Shown here piece after piece: positions 57,504-64,000 of a stretch of 64,000 bases of DNA. Below the pieces are notes generated by a model. The model worked only from the letters and a program-made list of their open reading frames with translations, was not told where the DNA came from and did not search any database. Source of the DNA: an uncultured Planctomycetales bacterium (lineage in GTDB: Bacteria; Planctomycetota; Phycisphaerae; UBA1845; PWPN01); assembly GCA_964401335.1 (NCBI GenBank), contig CAYNYK010000003.1, forward strand, positions 6,222-70,221, written 5' to 3'. Position 1 is the first letter of the stretch. Each line of letters opens with the position of its first letter. A program made the translations under genes and the position numbers.

Positions 57504-58853
57504 ATGAATACCGAAACGGAAACGATATCCAGCGTGCCCGCGGCCGCTCCGGTCGCGGAAACCAAGCGCATCAGCCTGCTCGATGCCTTGCGCGGCCTGT
57601 CCATCCTCGGTATCGCCGTGGTCAACGTGCAGTTTTTCGCCTGTTCTTATTTGCGGTTACCCGACTGGCGATGGGGCGAGGTGTCGTTGTCCGAGGCGAT
57701 CGTGCGAGCATCCATAACCTTCTTCGCCGAACACCACTTTTTCTCGATTTTCGCCATGCTCTTCGGAATGGGTCTGGCGTTGCAATACCGGCGAGTACAG
57801 GAAGCGGGGAAACGTTTCGGCGGCCTGTATTTTCGCCGGTTGTTCGTTCTTTTTTTATTCGGTATCGCCCATGCCATACTGCTCTGGTTCGGTGATATTC
57901 TTGCGCTTTATGCGCTGGTGGGGATTGTTGTTTTCTGGTTTCGCAACGCATCGTCGCGCGTGTTGTTGATCAGTGCCGTAATCCTTTTTCTGGTGCCGGT
58001 GGTCGCCCACGTCGTCATGATTTCGCGGGATCCGATGCGGGAGGGGAAAACCCTGGCGGAGAGCAAAGCCGAGATCGTGGATTATTTACAAAAAGAGGCC
58101 GCGTCGAAACCGGCCACCACGCAGGAAATCGCTGCCGTCGAGAAAAAGGTCGAGATGGCCCAACGGTTGATCGAGGGCATCAACTGGATGGCCGATGATA
58201 CCGCCATCTATCGTTCGGGCAGTTTGAGCGAGATGATGTTCCATCGTCTCATTTGTTTCGCGTTGATCAGTCCTATGGTGGCCATTACCCAGATGGGTTG
58301 GCGGGCACTGGCCCTGATGCTGTTCGGAATTTATTTGGTCAAACGCGGTTTGTTCTGCACGACGCAGTACTCGCCTGACGTTTATCGTCGCCTGACGCTG
58401 ATCGGTCTGCTGATCGGTCTTTTGCTGCAAATTGCCGGTACCCTGGTTCATGCCTTTGGCCCCCACGTTTTTTGGGTTTCCGGCCTGTACTTTATTTTTA
58501 TCTACCTCGGCAGCATGGGCATGACCCTTGGCTATATGGGCATCGTGTATCTGCTTTATCAGCGCCAGGACCGGCAGATATTCTTCCGGCCCCTGGTGGC
58601 CGTCGGCCGCATGAGCCTGACTTGTTACATTGGCTCCTCTGTTTTGTTCGGCTTGATTTTCTACGGTTACGGCCTGGGACTTATGGGCCAGGTCAGCTTT
58701 TTCCAGGCGGAGATACTAACCGCCGGCGTACTGATTTTCCTGATGGTTTTCAGCATGGTTTGGCTGAAAATATTCCAAATCGGACCGCTGGAATGGCTCT
58801 GGCGGGTTTTAACCTACCTGCATTTCGTCCCGTTGCTACGGCGGCGCGCGTGA
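57504..58853 (+). CDS. DUF418/YeiB-like polytopic membrane protein
   Basis: RISLLDALRGLSILGIAVVNVQFF is the typical N-terminus. It is followed by about 10 TM helices and the C-terminal GPLEWLWRVLTY string characteristic of DUF418. Confidence 0.8.
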   Translation: MNTETETISSVPAAAPVAETKRISLLDALRGLSILGIAVVNVQFFACSYLRLPDWRWGEVSLSEAIVRASITFFAEHHFFSIFAMLFGMGLALQYRRVQEAGKRFGGLYFRRLFVLFLFGIAHAILLWFGDILALYALVGIVVFWFRNASSRVLLISAVILFLVPVVAHVVMISRDPMREGKTLAESKAEIVDYLQKEAASKPATTQEIAAVEKKVEMAQRLIEGINWMADDTAIYRSGSLSEMMFHRLICFALISPMVAITQMGWRALALMLFGIYLVKRGLFCTTQYSPDVYRRLTLIGLLIGLLLQIAGTLVHAFGPHVFWVSGLYFIFIYLGSMGMTLGYMGIVYLLYQRQDRQIFFRPLVAVGRMSLTCYIGSSVLFGLIFYGYGLGLMGQVSFFQAEILTAGVLIFLMVFSMVWLKIFQIGPLEWLWRVLTYLHFVPLLRRRA

Positions 58854-59095
58854 TATTGAAACGCTGTCCTGGTTCCAATACACCCCTTTGGGCTACGCGA
58901 ATTGGGCAATGAAGCTTTCTTTTTACGGCACGTCCCAACAGACGAAAATCCGTTAAACCTTTTGAAATCGGCCAGTCGATATACACTCTCCGCATCGATG
59001 AGCCGAGTGCGCAAGCTTGGTTCGATCGAGGTGGAATAACAAACCCTACGTATTGTGGATGATACCTTCAAACCCTTGTCCTCAGGAGAAAGACC

Positions 59096-59230
59096 ATGTG
59101 GAAGAAAATGAGTTTAATGGCCGTCGCAATGATGTTGTTCTTGATGAACGCGGCCTGCTGCCCGACATCGATGTTGTCCATGGCGGCCGTCGCGGCCCTG
59201 CTGGCCGGCGGAGGCGCTGAGCCTCAGTAA
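59096..59230 (+). CDS. 44-aa Met-rich mini-lipoprotein-like peptide (Cys-Cys after the signal)
   Basis: AGGAGA lies 6 nt upstream. The peptide is MWKKMSLMAVAMMLFLMNAACCPTSMLSMAAVAALLAGGGAEPQ. It is below the ORF-track cutoff and is a paralogue of the 59411-59560 peptide. Confidence 0.55.
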   Translation: MWKKMSLMAVAMMLFLMNAACCPTSMLSMAAVAALLAGGGAEPQ

Positions 59231-59330
59231 TCCCTTTGGGTCTATAGTCCCGCCGGACAGGACGGTCCAGCGCAGGACGTGATCCTTGGTTCTCTGAGTC
59301 AACTCGAGCGCGAGATTTGACCACTAAAAC

Positions 59331-59365
59331 AACGGCACCCGGAGGTGATTCTCTCGGGTGCCGTT
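59331..59365. terminator. Shared hairpin between the two convergent mini-genes
   Basis: AACGGCACCCG-(13 nt)-CGGGTGCCGTT is an 11-bp perfect stem. A short T-run (GTTTTAG) follows on the minus strand only. Confidence 0.5.
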
Positions 59366-59410
59366 GTCGATTTCCGGGTTATCGAGGACTGTTGAACTCG
59401 AAGATCGAGG

Positions 59411-59560
59411 TCAATTGCCCGTCGTGCCGGTCCCGCCGGCGGCCAAGGCAGCCACGGCCGCCGCAATCGGAGCCAGCCCGGTCAGCGCACAGGTCACACA
59501 GCAACCGGACAGCCACACCACTGATAACAACACCGACACATAAGCGATTTTCTTTAACAT
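59411..59560 (-). CDS. 49-aa mini-lipoprotein (lipobox LSGC followed by a second Cys)
   Basis: GGGAGA RBS. The peptide is MLKKIAYVSVLLSVVWLSGCCVTCALTGLAPIAAAVAALAAGGTGTTGN. It is below the ORF-track cutoff. Confidence 0.6.
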   Translation of the reverse strand: MLKKIAYVSVLLSVVWLSGCCVTCALTGLAPIAAAVAALAAGGTGTTGN

Positions 59561-59825
59561 TTTTTGCTATCTCCCAAATAAGATGACACAATTCCAAGAC
59601 GCGATATCCCCCCGATTCGCGTAACAGGGCGAAATCCTAACCCTCGTTTCTGTTGGCGTCAATGGCCGCCCCAATTCTCAAATGCCGAGAAGAAACGGAA
59701 ATGAACTTTAGGTTAAATAATTGTGTTGAGTTAAATACCTGTAGGCACGATGGTTGCGTCATTCCGGAAATGCTATGGCAATGGCAGAGATGCCGAAATG
59801 CTATGTGGATTTTCCCAATCTAGAT

Positions 59826-62660
59826 TCATGGCGACACTTTCATGGGCACTAGGCGTACCGGTCCGAGGAGGCCAGAGGGGAAGGGTTGCCAGTCGGCCGG
59901 GGTGGTGTTGGCCCGATTGATGTACATGAACAGGTATTTGGCCCATTTTTCGCCGCGGCGTTCCATGTCGATGATACGGTTGGCCGCCAGATTGGTGGAC
60001 TCAATCTCCAGGAGATTATCCTTGTCTTTCAGTGCCTGGCCCAATGCGATACGGTAGGGTTGGCTGAACAGGGTGCCGAGATCTTGGCCGTTGAGGCGAA
60101 TTTTGGCGGTGTGGCAAACCTGCCCCAATTCGAGCATCCAGTCATCGGCCGCACCCTCGGGCTTATCGAAGCTAACGGTATACCGCGCAGTGCCGGAAAA
60201 GGCGCTGTAGGCAGCGCCAGCTTCGGTCGGATCGAAGTCGGTCCAGGATTTGAGGCGTTCGATGGTCAGTGGTGGCGGCAGGGTCGGCCCGCCTTCGATG
60301 AACTTCACCTGCCAGGGCCCGTGAATCTCACGGGGTACGCCCGCCGGCCAGGCATAGACCCAACGCGGGCCTTGCGTGTCGGCTTTGAAGGCTCGGATGA
60401 TCCGCGACACACCGGGGACCAGTTGCAGGTAGACCTCGAGGCGGCCGTTTTCTCCCCGCCGGATGTCGGCCAGGCCGCTGCGGTTTGTCATGGGATTGAA
60501 AATCGCGGCGGTGGCGGCCGGCACGGACAAGGGTAGCCATTGATCCACCGTTCGGCGGCCGGGGTTCGTGATGAAGTAAATCCATCCGTGCTCATCCTCG
60601 CGGCGGATGAATTCGATGCCCAGATCAACCATCGACTCGCGGCGTAGAGCGGCCGTCTCCAGCAAGGCCTGGAGATTGTTGCCGAGCAGAAAACGCCCTT
60701 GACCCACTTTGGCCTGCTGAAGTCCCGTTGTGGTGGTAGGCTCAAATTTGATTTCCGCCAAAATTTGTTTCAAGGCGGCCCGTCGGCGGGCCAGTTGGTT
60801 CAGGCCGGGTACGTCGTCGGGCAACGCACCCGTGACCAGAACGGTCGCGCCCTGGCGGGCGAGTTCGACGATGCGTTTCATGTTTTCGGGTTGCATGAAT
60901 TTGCATTTCGGAAGAAGGAGGGCCCGATAGGAGCAGTCGCCGGAAGTCAGGCGGTCGCCTTTGACGACCACGTTTTCGGTCAACTGCTTGTCGGAAACGA
61001 AGTCGAACGAATATCCCAGGTCCCACATGTCGCTGGCGGCCAGATGCAGCCCGCGCGCCCCGTGGCGTAACCAGCCTTCGGAATTGTGGACCTGGAGCGG
61101 GACCAATAATTGATCCGGTCCCGTCTGCATGGCCCAGATATCCTCGATAGGGAAATAAATCAAGGTGTCGTTATCCGCATGGCCGGCCTGGAGAAACGAC
61201 TGACAGCGGGCGATGTAGCCAAAGAACGCGGGCATATCCCGCCAGAATGGGTTGTAATGGCCGAAATTGGTTTCCGCGTAGAACAGCCAGCCCGGCCAGC
61301 CGGCGTCTTTCGGGGAATATACTATGCCATGAAAGGTGACATGGTTGACGCCCAGGGTGAAGAGCACGTCGAGAGCGGCCTTGGCCTCGGCGGGCGAGAC
61401 CCGGAAATGGTCGCTCAGCCAGGTGAAGGCTTCACAAGTGACCCGTCGCTTGCCGGTTACGTTGGCGGCCGAGGCGGCCATCTTGTTGACCAGTATATCC
61501 GGGATATCACCACCAACCGTTCGGAACATGCCCACGGGGATGTCCAGGCCACCAAACGTCAGATAGGAAGTTCCAAAGGCCTCGGTTTCAGGTATATCGG
61601 CGGCGGCATAGATATCGAGGATATTGCCGGGAGCGCCATGAGCCTGGTTGCGGGTGATGACCCCGCGCTCGTGTGACCAGCGCACCCAGGGGGTGATGAA
61701 ATTTTCCAAATGCATGGCGGCCAGGGTGGCCCGGTAATCGGAACGCACCCGGGTGATCAGATCGCCGGGGCCTTTGCCGAACAGGGCGGGCAGATAATAC
61801 TGTAAACGATATCCCTTTCGGGCCTCGAATTCCTTGAACAAATCGTCCGTCCAGTCGCCGGCGTATTCGTAGGAGTCGTGATAAAAGGCTCGGGGCATGT
61901 GACCCTTGTAATCAGCGAAAGCCTTGTCAAAGCGTTGCAGATAATTTGTGATGGCGCGTTTGCTGAAAGGGTTGGCGGCGTTGCCCTCACCGCCGGGAGC
62001 GGCGCGTTTGACCTTGCGGCCATCCTTGGCGGATTGGGAGATGGCATACAGTTCCCATCGGCCGTCAGGGGCGGTCCATTGGAGATGGCCGTTAGCATCC
62101 ACTTTATCCAGCAGCTCGACAGGTTCGCCTTTATCGGGAAAAGCTATCAAGGTCTGCAGAGCGGATTTGTCGAGGGATTCTTTCAACTGTTCGCCGGCCG
62201 CGAGCGTAAAGGTTTGTCGTACGACGTGGGCGTCGGCGTCGGCGTCGCTGACGTTGGGTCCGCCGAAAGGCCAGCCGGTGCCGCAGGACATATCGATGCC
62301 CAGGCCGAGCCGCTCGGCTTCGGCGGTGGTGTGGGCGAGCATGTCCATCCATTTCGGAGAGAGGTATTCGATATACTGATCCTCGAAGCCCTCGGCCCCG
62401 TAAATCGGGATGATATGCAGGCCGCCCAGGCCGGCCGTGCTGTACATTTCCAGATGACGGGTGAGTTCCGCTTTGTTCACCGCGCTACCCAACCACCACC
62501 AGTAGCACCAGGGCTTGTATTCCTTGGTCATTGCCGGCCAGTCGAGATTGCTGGTGCCGGTCTTATCCTGTTGGCCGACAGCCTGATCGACAACCGATGT
62601 CCCATACAGCAGGGCGGCGGCAAGCACAAGCATCCTTGTTCGGTGGATTGGCGTACGCAT
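59826..62660 (-). CDS. Large secreted glycoside hydrolase, GH106 (alpha-L-rhamnosidase)-like; family assignment tentative
   Basis: AAGGAGA RBS before ATG 62660 and a signal peptide. The N-terminal string KPWCYWWWLGSAVNKAELTRHLEMYSTAGLGGLHIIPIYG resembles, from memory, GH106-type enzymes. Confidence 0.6.
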   Translation of the reverse strand: MRTPIHRTRMLVLAAALLYGTSVVDQAVGQQDKTGTSNLDWPAMTKEYKPWCYWWWLGSAVNKAELTRHLEMYSTAGLGGLHIIPIYGAEGFEDQYIEYLSPKWMDMLAHTTAEAERLGLGIDMSCGTGWPFGGPNVSDADADAHVVRQTFTLAAGEQLKESLDKSALQTLIAFPDKGEPVELLDKVDANGHLQWTAPDGRWELYAISQSAKDGRKVKRAAPGGEGNAANPFSKRAITNYLQRFDKAFADYKGHMPRAFYHDSYEYAGDWTDDLFKEFEARKGYRLQYYLPALFGKGPGDLITRVRSDYRATLAAMHLENFITPWVRWSHERGVITRNQAHGAPGNILDIYAAADIPETEAFGTSYLTFGGLDIPVGMFRTVGGDIPDILVNKMAASAANVTGKRRVTCEAFTWLSDHFRVSPAEAKAALDVLFTLGVNHVTFHGIVYSPKDAGWPGWLFYAETNFGHYNPFWRDMPAFFGYIARCQSFLQAGHADNDTLIYFPIEDIWAMQTGPDQLLVPLQVHNSEGWLRHGARGLHLAASDMWDLGYSFDFVSDKQLTENVVVKGDRLTSGDCSYRALLLPKCKFMQPENMKRIVELARQGATVLVTGALPDDVPGLNQLARRRAALKQILAEIKFEPTTTTGLQQAKVGQGRFLLGNNLQALLETAALRRESMVDLGIEFIRREDEHGWIYFITNPGRRTVDQWLPLSVPAATAAIFNPMTNRSGLADIRRGENGRLEVYLQLVPGVSRIIRAFKADTQGPRWVYAWPAGVPREIHGPWQVKFIEGGPTLPPPLTIERLKSWTDFDPTEAGAAYSAFSGTARYTVSFDKPEGAADDWMLELGQVCHTAKIRLNGQDLGTLFSQPYRIALGQALKDKDNLLEIESTNLAANRIIDMERRGEKWAKYLFMYINRANTTPADWQPFPSGLLGPVRLVPMKVSP

Positions 62661-62744
62661 ACGATTCTCCTTCGAGCTTATACCAGGGAAATACACAACC
62701 TGTGTCTCACCGGTTCAGACACAGGCGAGACGCCTGTGCCACAA

Positions 62745-62774
62745 ATAGATACTAATAGATACTAATAGATACTA
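62745..62774. repeat. Perfect 3 x 10-bp tandem repeat (ATAGATACTA)
   Basis: Read directly from the sequence. It lies 85 nt upstream of the GH gene start and downstream of the 62869 stop. Confidence 0.95.
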
Positions 62775-62868
62775 AATCAATGCTGTTCTCTCAGTCTCTT
62801 CGTCCCGCCATCTCTCCGTCGTCTCCAATCTGTGGTGGTGTAATTTAGCGCATTTGTGCCGTGATTCG

Positions 62869-64000
62869 TTATGCCTTTTTGGCTTCCGGCGGATCAATCC
62901 AGATCGGGCTGGACCAGGCGAGGTGGCCGTTGTGCTGCACGACACGGACATAGTAATAGTCCGGGCCCTCGGCGGGGTTGCGCTGGTCCTGGAAACGGGC
63001 GGTGGCCGTGTAACCGGCGGGATTGAGCAACGGACCGACGATGTGACCTTCGCCGGTAAATCCGCCGCTTCCGGTAACGATATTGTTGTCGATCAGATCG
63101 GCCAATTTGGCCCGCACGGTCTGCTCGACGGGTTTGGTAAGTTGGATCACGAGTTCAGCGTCCGGTCCGCCTTCCAGGTCGAGCACCAGGGTCTTGGTCG
63201 GGTCTTCGGCGTAACATTTTTCCCGCGAGGTGAAGGATTGCAGGCGGATTTCCGAGGCAGAGACCTGTTGCAGTTTGTCGCGCAGGTCTTCGGCGTACGG
63301 ACCGGATTGCCAGCAGGGGATAACCTTGTGGAATCGGCCGCCGTTGAGATGGACGGTCATTTCCCAGTTGCAGATTCGCCCCAGGCTCAGATCGGCCCAC
63401 GGTCCCCATCCGTATTGAATTCGACATTTGGCCCGGCCGGGCAGGGGGAGCCGCTCGCGGGCGGCGGGTTGGTCCTCGGGGAAGTAGCGGTCGATAACCT
63501 GGCCGTTGCGGACCAGTTCGATGGCTTGAATGAGGTCCTGTCCTTCGACGCGAACATCGATCTGGCGGTCGCGGACGGCGGATAGCTCGGCACCCATGGG
63601 ACGGCCGTTAAGACTGACGTCGAGCATGATACGGTCGCCGGTGGCGGCGTAGGTGCGGCGGGCACAAATGGCCTCGAAGAGGGCGGCGGCGGAGAGTTCC
63701 GTGGCCCAGACGCCCGCCACCCCCTCGCCATAAGCTCCGGGATAGCCGCGATGATTGTCGGTGGAAGCCACGAAACCGAAACGCAGCCCTTTGCGTAACT
63801 GCGGTTCGATGGTGTTGGCGGTGGAGCGTCCGTTGTTGCTGTGGCGGAGGTAAGGATAGGGGGCGTGAACACTCATGGCGCAGCCGTGCTCGGAATAGAT
63901 TTCGACGACGGGAGAGGGGCCGGGCCGGAAATAATCGAAATTGGTACCGCGCCAACCGCGGTTGTAGGCGGGGTGGTGCGGGATGGCCACGATTTTTTTG
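62869..64000 (-). CDS. DUF3604-like metal-dependent hydrolase, N-terminus outside the window
   Basis: The frame stays open to the window edge. The strings FGFVASTDNHRGYPGAYGEGVAGVWATELSAAALFEAICARRTYAATGDRIML resemble the DUF3604 core. Confidence 0.6.
   Translation of the reverse strand, partial: KKIVAIPHHPAYNRGWRGTNFDYFRPGPSPVVEIYSEHGCAMSVHAPYPYLRHSNNGRSTANTIEPQLRKGLRFGFVASTDNHRGYPGAYGEGVAGVWATELSAAALFEAICARRTYAATGDRIMLDVSLNGRPMGAELSAVRDRQIDVRVEGQDLIQAIELVRNGQVIDRYFPEDQPAARERLPLPGRAKCRIQYGWGPWADLSLGRICNWEMTVHLNGGRFHKVIPCWQSGPYAEDLRDKLQQVSASEIRLQSFTSREKCYAEDPTKTLVLDLEGGPDAELVIQLTKPVEQTVRAKLADLIDNNIVTGSGGFTGEGHIVGPLLNPAGYTATARFQDQRNPAEGPDYYYVRVVQHNGHLAWSSPIWIDPPEAKKA

Overview
High-GC 64-kb chromosomal segment. 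Its gene content fits the PVC superphylum, most likely Planctomycetota: four formylglycine-type sulfatase domains, a DUF1559 H-X9-DG pseudopilin, a PEP-CTERM protein, and NPCBM, GH38 and beta-helix glycan-degrading genes. About 45 protein genes are supportable, plus one clear RNA gene, a bacterial type-A RNase P RNA at 8216-8687. Core blocks are fabI, a two-gene family-1 encapsulin operon (EncFtn cargo plus shell), rpsO-pnp, a cold-shock protein, a sigma-54 activator, and an OmpR/HisKA pair followed by a MacAB-like ABC efflux pump with adaptor and NodT-type outer-membrane factor. Accessory content is an AT-richer type II restriction-modification island (16.8-18.6 kb) and a DUF433/DUF5615 TA-like pair whose toxin frame is broken. 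The most interesting signals are four. (i) A ~150-nt structured repeat family has four copies at three loci, always just 3' of a + strand gene. It shows compensatory base changes; one copy is flanked by a 9-bp direct repeat and one locus is tandemly duplicated together with a promoter. (ii) An array of six hairpins at 55.1-55.4 kb has variable stems but constant AGGA/TCCT tetraloops. (iii) A 113-bp MITE-like insertion with inverted ends and a 6-bp duplication splits a VKOR-DsbA fusion gene, and exact excision restores the frame. (iv) A convergent pair of paralogous ~45-aa Cys-Cys mini-lipoproteins lies below the ORF-track size cutoff. I saw no tRNA, rRNA, CRISPR array, transposase or integrase. 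All functional calls come from reading motifs in the translations and sequence; no database search or folding program was run.
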